The translations under genes and the position numbers were made by a program. The notes under the pieces were generated by a model, which worked only from the letters and a program-made list of their open reading frames with translations, did no database searches and was not told where the DNA came from. Shown in pieces: positions 47,314 to 56,866 of a stretch of DNA of 64,000 nt. The DNA is from Candidatus Poribacteria bacterium (GTDB taxonomy: Bacteria; Poribacteria; WGA-4E; WGA-3G). How positions within the stretch are numbered: position 1 is the first letter of the stretch; each line of letters begins with the position of its first letter. The stretch lies in NCBI GenBank assembly GCA_965198235.1, contig OZ240248.1:608001-672000 (forward strand). The letters run 5' to 3'.

Positions 47314-48300
47314 ATGTCAAAACCGAGTAAAGATCAGATGCTTTACATGTATCGTAAGATGTTAGAGATTCGTCAATTTGAAGAAGCCGCTGGAACGCTT
47401 TATCAGAGTGGTCAGCTTCCCGGTTTCTTGCATCTTTATATTGGTGAAGAAGCGACAGCAGTCGGGGTTTGCGCCCACTTGCAAGATGAGGATTACATTA
47501 CGAGTACACACCGTGGTCACGGTCATCTTATTGCGAAGGGTGGCAAACGCGACCGGATGATGGCGGAGTTGTTCGCACGTACGACCGGCTATTGTAAAGG
47601 CAAAGGAGGTTCGATGCATATCGCCGATAAAGAGACCGGTATTTTGGGTGCCAACGGCGTTGTCGGGGCAGGAATTCCGCTCGCGGCGGGTGCCGGACTC
47701 TCTGCTAAACTTCGTGGCACAAAGCAGGTCGCAGTGTCTTTCTTTGGTGATGGTGCGACGAACCAAGGCGTGTTCCATGAAACGCTCAACCTCGCTGCCG
47801 TATGGGAATTACCTGTCATCTTTGTGTGTGAAAACAACCGATTCGGCATGGGAACGCCGCAACGAGAGCATCAGCGGGTAGTGGATATTGCTGCTGTCCG
47901 TGCCCCTGCCTACGATATGCCGGGTATTACCGTTGATGGGAACGATGTCCTCAAGGTTTACGCTGCTGCGGACGAAGCCGTCACACGCGCACGCAAAGGC
48001 GGTGGACCGACGCTCCTCAACTGCGATACTTACAGATTCCGCGGGCATCACATCGGTGATCCGGGGACATCTTACCGCGACCGCGAGGAAGTTCAAGAGC
48101 AAGAACGGCAACGCGATCCTATTCGGAGACTCACCCAGGTCCTCATCGAAGAAGAGGGTATGAGCCAAGACGAACTCTCGGCACTTGAGACCGAACTCGC
48201 AAACGAACTTGAGGAGGCACTTGAGTTCGCCAAGAATAGCCCGGAGCCACTTCCAGAAGACGCTTTGGACGATCTTTATGCCGGTTCTATTCAGCCGTGA
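47314..48300 (+). CDS. TPP-dependent dehydrogenase E1 alpha subunit (PdhA/AcoA-like)
   Basis: GFLHLYIGEEA, STHRGHGH, GGSMH, GDGATNQG...ENN, YRFRGH. Confidence 0.92.
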   Translation: MSKPSKDQMLYMYRKMLEIRQFEEAAGTLYQSGQLPGFLHLYIGEEATAVGVCAHLQDEDYITSTHRGHGHLIAKGGKRDRMMAELFARTTGYCKGKGGSMHIADKETGILGANGVVGAGIPLAAGAGLSAKLRGTKQVAVSFFGDGATNQGVFHETLNLAAVWELPVIFVCENNRFGMGTPQREHQRVVDIAAVRAPAYDMPGITVDGNDVLKVYAAADEAVTRARKGGGPTLLNCDTYRFRGHHIGDPGTSYRDREEVQEQERQRDPIRRLTQVLIEEEGMSQDELSALETELANELEEALEFAKNSPEPLPEDALDDLYAGSIQP

Positions 48301-48409
48301 TTGTCATTAAGCCTATCATTGAACGCTTCACAGCTGCTGGGCGAGAGAAACATCCAAGCAAAACACCTCGCCCGTTCTCAAATGGACAGATGGTAGGGAG
48401 GTTTCAAAT

Positions 48410-49372
48410 ATGCATAGCACACCTACGACAAGAGAGATGTCTCCCTCAGAACTCTCGGAATGCAGAGAAAACCTCAAACGCCGATGGGAAAATCGTCGGG
48501 TTGACAAAGCGTTGCTTCAACGCGCATGGGAAACTGCACATCGCGTCGCCACCGTACTCTATCAAGACTTTGGTGCAGCGAAAGTTGCCGTTTTCGGTTC
48601 TCTCGCTGAACGGGAAGGGTTCACAAAAGTATCGGACATTGACATTGCTGTCTGGGGACTATCAGATGCCCAGTGTCGTGACGCTCGTTGGGAAATTGCT
48701 GACTTGTGCCTTGAGTTCAAGATTGACCTAATTAATTTTGACGAATCCACAGGACTTTTCCGCGAGCGAGTGAAGCATCAAGCGATTCCTTTTAAAAATG
48801 GCGACGAGGGCATAGAGAGGCAGGCCCCTTATGAACATCATCTCCCAACTATTCCTGCTCGAAACGGAGCAATTTACGAGATGAATCAAATCAAACTCAT
48901 CCAACGCATCACAGATGAACGTGCGAAAATAGAGCGGGTCATTAGTAGCATTACAGAACTATTGCGAGAAATTGAAGTAGCTGTGCCTCGCCATAGAAAA
49001 TTCTTTGAAGAGTTAACTGCTAAAAAACTCGCTGAGGTTTACAGTGGCACTGAGCGAATTTTTGAACGGATTGCCCATGAGGTAGATATGCACACGCCCA
49101 GGGGGAGTCAGTGGCATAACAACCTACTTAAACAAATGGCAGAACGACGACCAGAACGCCCTCCCGTGATTTCCGAGAAAACCTTGCCGAGATTAAAAGA
49201 ACTTTTAGATTTCCGACACAAAGTCAATAACATTTACGGAGACGAGCTGATTTACGCGAAAGCCGAGGAACATGCAAAGCCAATTGAGGCACTATTTGCA
49301 ATCGTTTCTGAAGAGTTGGATACGTTTATCGCTTTTCTAACCGAACCCCGCGAGTCAGATGAGAAACGATGA
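48410..49372 (+). CDS. Fused minimal nucleotidyltransferase (MNT) + HepT-like HEPN protein
   Basis: FGSLA......SDIDIAV.G and KIDL (MNT); ERIF.RIA, WH..LL.QM and FRHKVNNIY (HEPN). Confidence 0.8.
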   Translation: MHSTPTTREMSPSELSECRENLKRRWENRRVDKALLQRAWETAHRVATVLYQDFGAAKVAVFGSLAEREGFTKVSDIDIAVWGLSDAQCRDARWEIADLCLEFKIDLINFDESTGLFRERVKHQAIPFKNGDEGIERQAPYEHHLPTIPARNGAIYEMNQIKLIQRITDERAKIERVISSITELLREIEVAVPRHRKFFEELTAKKLAEVYSGTERIFERIAHEVDMHTPRGSQWHNNLLKQMAERRPERPPVISEKTLPRLKELLDFRHKVNNIYGDELIYAKAEEHAKPIEALFAIVSEELDTFIAFLTEPRESDEKR

Positions 49373-51290
49373 ACGCCCGAAATCGCACGGTGTCACATGG
49401 AAGTCTATTGCTATTACACTCGTACTGATTCCGTTTAATTTCTATTGGATCATTGCGGGCGAAGTCGGGCTTGTCGGTTATGCGCTGAATACTTACGCCG
49501 TGCCGTTTTACAACGTCGTCTTCGTCGTGTTTGCTTTCACACTTCTCAATCTTGCGGTCCGCCGTCGTTTATTCACCGATGCGGAACTCCTTACGATATA
49601 CATCCTACTCAGCACGGCGTGCGCTTTCCCATCTATTACGCTGATGACGATTCTCGTCACGACCGTCGGGCACGCCTTCTGGTTCGCAACCCCCGAAAAT
49701 GAATGGAAACAGCTCTTCTGGGATTACCTTCCGAGATGGCTTCTTGTCGATGATCCAAAAGCACTGGCAGGATATTACAAGGGTGAATCCGATCTCTCCA
49801 CACTGGATATTCTCGGCACTTGGGTAGTACCGACGCTATCTTGGGCAGGGTTTATGACGGTCCTGGTCCTCGTGATGTTGTGTATCAACGTCATCTTGCG
49901 GAAGCAGTGGGTGGAACGCGAACGGCTTGCCTATCCGATCACGCAGATTGCGTTTCATGTCACCCACAGCACGAAATCGCTGTTTTCGCACCGCATCACA
50001 TGGATCGGATTCGGAATTGCAGCGTCTATAGCGATTCTCAACGGCTTTAGCTTTCTGTATCCGACGCTTCCTACCTTACCGATTAAACGAATCGGTGGCT
50101 GGCGAGGGTTTGGACACCTGTTCACAGAAAAACCGTGGAACGCTATCGGTGGCATCAGTATGTCTTATTACCCGTTCGTTATCGGACTTGGGTTGTTGAT
50201 GCCGCTCGACCTATCGTTCTCCAGTTGGTTTTTCTTTATTTTCTACAAGGCACAATTAGTTTTAGCAAGTGCCGCTGGCTTGTCCAGTCTGCCCGGATTT
50301 CCCTATATTGATAGACAATGCTTCGGTGCCGCCATCGGGATTTTCATCTCTGTCGTAGTGCTGAACCTACGCCACTTTCGCGGTGTCCTTCGTATCGCAC
50401 GTCACCGCACAGGTGAGGATGCCAACGAACCGATTTCCTACAGGCTTGCTCTCTGGGGCATCGTTGTCGGACTTGCAATACTCTTTATTTTTTCCAAACG
50501 CATCGGTATGTCCCTCTGGCTGATCCCGCTGTTTTTTGCTATCTATTTCATCATCGTTTCGGTGCTGACGCGGATGCGGGCAGAGCAGGGGTTTCCCGTG
50601 CATGCGATGGAAAATATGCCGAATCATCATATCCTCGTTGACGGTTTCGGCACACGGATACTGGGCACAAACAACCTCGTTGCTCTGACCCTCTACCGTT
50701 GGTTTAATCGGAGTTACACGAGCAATCCGATGCCGCACCAGTTAGAGGGCTTCAAACTCTCGGAACGCTCTGGAATTGCACCGAGGCGATTGTTCTTCGC
50801 TCTGTTAGGAGTTTCAGCGTTCGCTGCCGTAATGGTGTTCGGCGTTATCCTCTATATCTTCTATACCTATGGTGCTTTGAACATGAGTGGTGGCAGCGGT
50901 TGGGCAACCGGTTTCGGTGGGCGCGTCTTTAACGGACTCCAACGTTGGATCTATTACCCTACCGAACCAAATCTCTATGCCACTGGCGGTATCGTGTTTG
51001 GCTTACTCTTTTCAACGCTGTTGATGTTTATGCGGGCGCGTTTCTTCTGGTGGCCCTTTCATCCGATCGGATTTGTCGTTTCGAGCGATTGGGGCATGCG
51101 GTATTTATGGAGTTGCATGCTGGTGAGTTCGATTATCAAGTGGACAGTCTTAAAGATTAGTGGTCCACGAGCATCGCAGCAGTTGATAATGTTCGCGATT
51201 GGGCTGATGTTAGGTGATTTCACTGTCGGTGGTATTTGGAGTCTTGTTAGCGTTGTGACACAACAGCCGATGTATAATTTCTGGCCATAG
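49359..51290 (+). CDS. Large multi-pass membrane protein (DUF6785/DUF6784-like)
   Basis: Many TM helices; ELL.IY, RKQW...ERL.YP, WWPFHPIG motifs. Confidence 0.7.
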   Translation: MRNDERPKSHGVTWKSIAITLVLIPFNFYWIIAGEVGLVGYALNTYAVPFYNVVFVVFAFTLLNLAVRRRLFTDAELLTIYILLSTACAFPSITLMTILVTTVGHAFWFATPENEWKQLFWDYLPRWLLVDDPKALAGYYKGESDLSTLDILGTWVVPTLSWAGFMTVLVLVMLCINVILRKQWVERERLAYPITQIAFHVTHSTKSLFSHRITWIGFGIAASIAILNGFSFLYPTLPTLPIKRIGGWRGFGHLFTEKPWNAIGGISMSYYPFVIGLGLLMPLDLSFSSWFFFIFYKAQLVLASAAGLSSLPGFPYIDRQCFGAAIGIFISVVVLNLRHFRGVLRIARHRTGEDANEPISYRLALWGIVVGLAILFIFSKRIGMSLWLIPLFFAIYFIIVSVLTRMRAEQGFPVHAMENMPNHHILVDGFGTRILGTNNLVALTLYRWFNRSYTSNPMPHQLEGFKLSERSGIAPRRLFFALLGVSAFAAVMVFGVILYIFYTYGALNMSGGSGWATGFGGRVFNGLQRWIYYPTEPNLYATGGIVFGLLFSTLLMFMRARFFWWPFHPIGFVVSSDWGMRYLWSCMLVSSIIKWTVLKISGPRASQQLIMFAIGLMLGDFTVGGIWSLVSVVTQQPMYNFWP

Positions 51291-51319
51291 AGAACAGCAT
51301 TGCCCTCTTGCATCAATAA

Positions 51320-51556
51320 TTAGGGCCCCATCACCATGACTGGGACAGATATTCTCTCGGGTGCAGTGTCACTGTTCTGAGCCATCGTATCAAGTCGATC
51401 CAACGTCGCAGCTGCATAATACCGCTGACCGCACTCTTGGCAGACACCTACTGGTACATCTTTAATGATTACTAATTTGCCTTCATACCAGTGATCCACG
51501 GTAACTTTCTTCTGGCGAATTTCACCACTGCAATATTCACATTCAGACGCTTTCAT
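51320..51556 (-). CDS. YgiT/MqsA-type zinc-finger protein (putative antitoxin)
   Basis: CEYC...VPVGVCQECG. Confidence 0.8.
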   Translation of the reverse strand: MKASECEYCSGEIRQKKVTVDHWYEGKLVIIKDVPVGVCQECGQRYYAAATLDRLDTMAQNSDTAPERISVPVMVMGP

Positions 51557-51849
51557 TATTGTGTATCCTCCGTCGCATAAACTGTTATGATTCGCAATTC
51601 GCCCGAATCCAAAATTCGGCAAATCACGTTGATTTCCCTTCCATCGCGAGCAGGTCCCCGGAGCCTATAACGGATACCTCTCCGGTCGTGCGTGAATCTT
51701 TGAATTATCTGACCTCTCCGAATCGCGTGCTTTACATCAACCGTTGATAGTGCATCCCTTCGCATCTCATCCAAGGCATGTTCAGTTACTTGATACAAAT
51801 TCCTAACGACTTTCTGCTGGATCGATTGAAGAATTCTACTCCTTCTCAC
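51556..51849 (-). CDS. DUF4258 family protein (putative RelE-like toxin)
   Basis: TEHALDEM, G.II, IITVY; overlaps the zinc-finger gene start. Confidence 0.8.
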   Translation of the reverse strand: MRRSRILQSIQQKVVRNLYQVTEHALDEMRRDALSTVDVKHAIRRGQIIQRFTHDRRGIRYRLRGPARDGREINVICRILDSGELRIITVYATEDTQ

Positions 51850-52225
51850 GTCTGTCCCTGTAGGTGCGAATCTTAGGATCCGAATTGCGGCGTATGTCTG
51901 CTAACGAACGAAAACCCTATGTGAAAAGAAAGTATATCACGAATTCCCCCGAAAGTCAAACAATTCTCAATACTCCGCAGGGTCATTCAGTTTTAAGAAA
52001 ATATCGGATTTCCCGCCTTTTTCTGATGATCCGGCACCCTTTCCGAGTATCTCTTTCCAGTAACGGGCGGGGACCCCCGGCTAGAAACCGCACCGATTTA
52101 GAGTGTATAGGTAATTCTAAAATCTACCATAAATCGCCTAATAATCCCAAGCATTGGCAAACCACTTTTGTGATAAGCAAGAGGTGAAGTATACGTGGAC
52201 AATTCATTATCGAACAGCAATCATT

Positions 52226-52450
52226 ATCGGGTTTGTTGTCTCCAGTGATTGGGGCATGCGGTATTTGTGGAGTTGCATGCTGGTGAGTTCGATTATCAAG
52301 TGGGCAGTCTTGAAGATTAGTGGACCGCGAGCGTCGCAGCAGTTGGTAATGTTCGCGATTGGGCTGATGTTAGGTGATTTCACTATCGGTGGTATTTGGA
52401 GCCTTGTTAGCGTTGTGACACAACAGCCGATGTATAATTTTTGGCCCTAA
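52226..52450 (+). pseudogene. Diverged duplicate of the last 225 bp of the 49359-51290 gene
   Basis: Ungapped match to 51066-51290 at offset 1160, about 17 mismatches by eye, mostly synonymous. Confidence 0.88.
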
Positions 52451-52568
52451 GGCAAAAACCACCTTATGAATCCCTCAGGTAATTGTTGGTGTAGTGTAGA
52501 AATTCCACCTCTTTTTTGTTGCACGCCAAACCGTTTCGTGCTATTCTATTCTCTAAGGAGATTGCGAT

Positions 52569-53447
52569 ATGCATCGACCCACAGACACCCATCGCACAAC
52601 GAAAGATTTATCGCCTGAAGCGTTAGCACGATATCACCTCCAAAATCGGAAAGAAGATGGAATGTTGCTGCAACGCGCATGGCACACCGTGCACCAGATT
52701 GCAGCAATGCTCTATGAAGACTTTGATGCAACACAGGTCGCTGTCTTTGGATCGCTTGCCGAACCAGATGCATTCTCAAAATGGTCGGATATCGATATCG
52801 CTGTTTGGGGCATCCCGTCTAAGAAATACTTCCGTGCGGTATGGAAAGCCGAAGAGATTAGTGGGTTGTTCAAAATAGATTTGGTTGATTTCGAGAGTTC
52901 TAAAGGATTGTTTCGCGAGAGGATTCAGCGTCAATTGATTCCTATCGAAAAAGGAGTAATCTACAAAGTGGACAGAAGCGCGCTCATCCAGCGTATCTCT
53001 GATGAACGAAACAAAATAGAGGGAACTATAGGAAAAATCACGGAAAGGTTAGAAAAAATTAAAACAGCTCCTATTGAATACAGAGAGGAGATAGAAACGA
53101 CGATTGCCAAAAATCTCGTTGATTGTTACAGGGGTATGGAGAACATTTTTAGACGGATTGCCCTCGATGTTGACTTACGCATACCTGATGGAAGTATGTG
53201 GCATAAGGAATTGCTGGTGCAGATGGTAGAACCGAGAGCTGAACGACAACCTGTGATTTCCCAAGAAACTTTTGAACTCTTACAAGAACTCTTGGAATTT
53301 CGCCACGTTTTCAATAATATTTATGGAGAAGAATTGGTTTACGAAAAAACAGAGGAAAACGCAAAGCAGATCAGCGAGTTGTTTAACAGTCTTTCTGAAG
53401 AACTGGAAGCGTTTATCGCTGACTTAGAGAAACAAGATAATGACTGA
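52569..53447 (+). CDS. Second fused MNT + HepT-like HEPN protein
   Basis: FGSLA......SDIDIAVWG, KIDLVD; WHKELL.QM, FRHVFNNIY; paralog of 48410-49372. Confidence 0.8.
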   Translation: MHRPTDTHRTTKDLSPEALARYHLQNRKEDGMLLQRAWHTVHQIAAMLYEDFDATQVAVFGSLAEPDAFSKWSDIDIAVWGIPSKKYFRAVWKAEEISGLFKIDLVDFESSKGLFRERIQRQLIPIEKGVIYKVDRSALIQRISDERNKIEGTIGKITERLEKIKTAPIEYREEIETTIAKNLVDCYRGMENIFRRIALDVDLRIPDGSMWHKELLVQMVEPRAERQPVISQETFELLQELLEFRHVFNNIYGEELVYEKTEENAKQISELFNSLSEELEAFIADLEKQDND

Positions 53448-54597
53448 ACAAACCCTACTCCAACAAATTACAGATTTCTGCCGCTTGCTCCGGCAGATGG
53501 GCATCAATGTGACGACAACCAACCAGCTGAGTTGGTGTGAAAGCGTTCAATTGATCGACATCGGTGAGCGGGAGGCGTTTTACCACACAGCGCGTACGAA
53601 TCTCATCGCTGGGGAAGCCGATCGAGAGACGTTTGACACCGCCTTTAATCTGTTTTGGCGATACCCGCGCCCCGAATTCCAAACTGTAGATACGGAGGAG
53701 GAGACCCCAGAACCATCCAGTCTCCAAGAACTTTCCGATGCCAGTGATGAACAAGACATCATGGAGCAGTGGTTAGATACCGAGGCGGAGGATAGTGAAG
53801 AAGGACAGGAAGACGATCCTATCGCTTACAGTGCTGAGGATCTCCTGACTCGGAAGGATTTTAGCGAGTTCACAAGGGAGGATATGGAGAAAGCGAGGGA
53901 CATTGTCGCGAAATTGGCGGCAGTGTTGGCAACGAAACTCAGTCGCCGAAAGGTTGTCGGCAAAAAGGGGAAAATTATCGATTTCCGACGAAGTTGGCGA
54001 CAAAGTCTCGCACATGGTGGCGAACCTCTTGAATTAATTCGGAAACAGCAGAAAATCAAGAAAACCAAGATTCTGCTTCTCTGTGATGTGAGCGGTTCGA
54101 TGGACTGTTACGCCAAGTTTCTCATCCAATTCATCTACGGTATGCAGCAGGAGTTGAGAGAAGTGGAGGTCGCAGTCTTTAGCACACACCTGACAAACAT
54201 CACAGGCCTCCTCCGACGAAAAGGGTTAGCAGAAGGTTTGAATGAAGTCGCGAATGTCGTGCCGGACTGGTCAGGTGGAACGAAGATTGGCGAAAGTCTG
54301 CTGGAATTCTATCGGCAGTTTGCTCCCGCTTTCTCGGCATATCGTTCAGTCGTTATTCTCATCAGCGATGGCTGGGATCGAGGCGATGCAGACGTGTTGC
54401 GCCGTTCTATGGAGATGCTCCATCGGCATGCCTACCGTTTAATCTGGCTCAATCCGTTGCTCGGTAGTGACGGCTATCAGCCGATTTGCCGAGGCATCCG
54501 TACAGCGTTGCCGTATGTGGACTACTTCCTACCAGCGCACAATTTAGAGAGTTTAGCACAATTGACAAGGGTATTGATTCCGCTCTGGGCACGATAA
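53440..54597 (+). CDS. CoxE-like VWA domain protein
   Basis: LCDVSGSM (MIDAS), WSGGTKIG, ISDGWD, IWLNPL. Confidence 0.88.
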   Translation: MTEQTLLQQITDFCRLLRQMGINVTTTNQLSWCESVQLIDIGEREAFYHTARTNLIAGEADRETFDTAFNLFWRYPRPEFQTVDTEEETPEPSSLQELSDASDEQDIMEQWLDTEAEDSEEGQEDDPIAYSAEDLLTRKDFSEFTREDMEKARDIVAKLAAVLATKLSRRKVVGKKGKIIDFRRSWRQSLAHGGEPLELIRKQQKIKKTKILLLCDVSGSMDCYAKFLIQFIYGMQQELREVEVAVFSTHLTNITGLLRRKGLAEGLNEVANVVPDWSGGTKIGESLLEFYRQFAPAFSAYRSVVILISDGWDRGDADVLRRSMEMLHRHAYRLIWLNPLLGSDGYQPICRGIRTALPYVDYFLPAHNLESLAQLTRVLIPLWAR

Positions 54598-54640
54598 ATG
54601 GTGTCTATAAAGTAAAAAAATAAGATAAGGAACCTTAACT

Positions 54641-55765
54641 ATGCAAGTTCAGGCGGCGGTGATGCTCCAACCGGGGCAGATAGAGATCCGCGAATTTGAG
54701 AAACCGACACCCGCAGATGACGCACTCCTCTTACAGGTGGACAGAGTCGGCATTTGTGGAAGTGATAAACACATGTACCTTGGGCACACTGCCCTAAAAT
54801 TTCCGGTCATCCCAGGACATGAAGTCGTTGGTACGGTCGCTGAGATCGGCAAAAATGCGAATCAGGTTATGAATGTAATGGGGGGTCCCATCAAAGCCGG
54901 GGACCGCGTGACTGTGGTGCCTGGTTCAAAGAACTGTGGCAGATGCTATTATTGCCTGCACGTGCCGGGTCGTCCAACCTTGTGTTCTGGACGAACTATC
55001 TATGGGTTTAGCAACAGCGAAACACCACCGTATCTGAATGGCGAATTCGCTGAGTATACCTACATTCATGGTAATTCCTGGGTTTATAAGATGCCAGAAA
55101 GCGTACCTGAGGTAGTTCGCGTATTGACGGAGCCGGTAGCAGTAGCAACGCGCGCCGTTGAACGCGCGTGTGCCCCCGGTCTACCACAGGTCGGAGATGG
55201 ATACAGCATCGGGAATCGGGTTGCAGTCCTCGGATGTGGGCCGATTGGCCTCCTCGTTGTTGCTGTGCTACGGGATAGCGGTGCTGGTACTATCATCGCC
55301 ACTGACCTTGTTGACAGTCGATTAGAGATGGCGAAGCAGATGGGAGCGGATGTGGTCATCAATGTCGGGGATACAACACCTGAAGAACGGGTCGAGCAGA
55401 TTCAGGAGCTCACAAACGGTGTCGGTGTGGACATCGCCATTGAATGTGCAGGCATACCAGCGGTTTTCTCCGAAGCATTGGATGTAGTGAGACGAGGCGG
55501 AAAGGTCATCGAAGTTGGACATTACACTGATTCTGGAGATATCCGGGTCCGACCCCACCAGATTTGCAACAAAGACTTAGATGTTTGCGGTGTATGGGCA
55601 TATCCACAGATTCAGTTTCAAACAGCGTTGGATTTCCTCCAGATAACGCGCGCCCCACTGCATGAATTGATAACGCATCACCTACCGTTGCACCAATTGG
55701 AAAAAGGCATTGATATGCTCGGGCAAGAAGGAGTTTACAAGGTTGTGATTGAACCGCAGTTGTAA
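54641..55765 (+). CDS. Zinc-binding (MDR) alcohol/sugar dehydrogenase
   Basis: GICGSD, GHE, CGRCYYC...C, GCGPIG. Confidence 0.9.
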   Translation: MQVQAAVMLQPGQIEIREFEKPTPADDALLLQVDRVGICGSDKHMYLGHTALKFPVIPGHEVVGTVAEIGKNANQVMNVMGGPIKAGDRVTVVPGSKNCGRCYYCLHVPGRPTLCSGRTIYGFSNSETPPYLNGEFAEYTYIHGNSWVYKMPESVPEVVRVLTEPVAVATRAVERACAPGLPQVGDGYSIGNRVAVLGCGPIGLLVVAVLRDSGAGTIIATDLVDSRLEMAKQMGADVVINVGDTTPEERVEQIQELTNGVGVDIAIECAGIPAVFSEALDVVRRGGKVIEVGHYTDSGDIRVRPHQICNKDLDVCGVWAYPQIQFQTALDFLQITRAPLHELITHHLPLHQLEKGIDMLGQEGVYKVVIEPQL

Positions 55766-55824
55766 TAGTAAAAGTGTTTATAGCCGCGCATTTCGCGCTC
55801 TGAAGTTGGCAACCAAAACCGTGA

Positions 55825-56832
55825 GTGAGAAAGATGAAAAATTACAGAAACGTCCTCATCTTGATATGTTGTTATCTGCTGTTGAACTTCTTGATTGGCA
55901 TTAAAGACGGATCTGCCGCGGATAACGAAGGTCTCCCTTCCGATGAAGTGCCAATAGAGGGACCACCTCTCTACAAAACCATAGAGGATGCGAAAACCTA
56001 CATCGCGCAGCACCAGAACAAAGATGGCGGCTGGCCCCTAATCCCTGGTGGAGATAGCAATGTGGAGAGCACTGCCTTCGCGGTTTGGGCATTGATCGAT
56101 GCGGGCTGGGGCACCGGATCACAGGTAATCCGAACGGGGGTTATGTATCTCAGAAATACGCAGTGGGATAACGGGAGTTGGAACAACAACACCGCACATA
56201 CCACTTTCGCACTTGTTGCCTTCGCAGCAGCGGAGACCGATCCCGAAGTCCGTTTTAAAGGGCTCCGTTGGTTAAAAAAAGCACAGAATCGTAGTGGCGG
56301 ATGGGGGAAAAAAGAACGGAGTCCTGACAACGTTCTTTACACTGCCGCTGTATTAGCTGGACTCAGGAGGCTCGGCTTTAAACGAAACTTTGAACCGATC
56401 TCTAAAGGCGCAGATTGGCTGGCAGAAGGCATTAATTTCGATGGCGGCTGGGCATTAGAACGTGGAGGCAGATCTGACGTTTTCATAACGTCTTGGGTGG
56501 TCCAAGGCTTGGAGACTGTTTACGATATCGATGTTCAAATTGCATGGCTAAAACAGTTCCAGAATAATGATGGTGGATTCGGGAGATATAAGGGCAGTCC
56601 AAGCGATCCAGAAATCACAGCGATTGCGATTATGGCACTCGCCGCTGGAAATGATCCACTCAACACCCGTCGAGTTGCTATCAACTATTTAACAAATGTC
56701 CGGCGGGAAGATGGCAGTTTCGCAAGTAATACACCGATTGAACTGTCGCAACCGACTGCCAATTTACAGTCAACCTCTTTCGTGCTTATCGCTATCCATG
56801 CCAAAACGGCAGATGAACTTAATTTACAGTGA
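55825..56832 (+). CDS. Secreted prenyltransferase/squalene-cyclase-repeat (alpha-alpha toroid) protein
   Basis: Signal peptide; repeated Q..DGGW motifs. The start may be ATG 55834. Confidence 0.78.
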   Translation: MRKMKNYRNVLILICCYLLLNFLIGIKDGSAADNEGLPSDEVPIEGPPLYKTIEDAKTYIAQHQNKDGGWPLIPGGDSNVESTAFAVWALIDAGWGTGSQVIRTGVMYLRNTQWDNGSWNNNTAHTTFALVAFAAAETDPEVRFKGLRWLKKAQNRSGGWGKKERSPDNVLYTAAVLAGLRRLGFKRNFEPISKGADWLAEGINFDGGWALERGGRSDVFITSWVVQGLETVYDIDVQIAWLKQFQNNDGGFGRYKGSPSDPEITAIAIMALAAGNDPLNTRRVAINYLTNVRREDGSFASNTPIELSQPTANLQSTSFVLIAIHAKTADELNLQ

Positions 56833-56866
56833 TGGACAAATCACTAAGGACAGGGAAATAGTACAT

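Noticed and set aside
51066-52450. Diversity-generating retroelement template/variable repeat pair
   Set aside because: The mismatches are not confined to adenines, are mostly synonymous, and no reverse transcriptase is present in the window.
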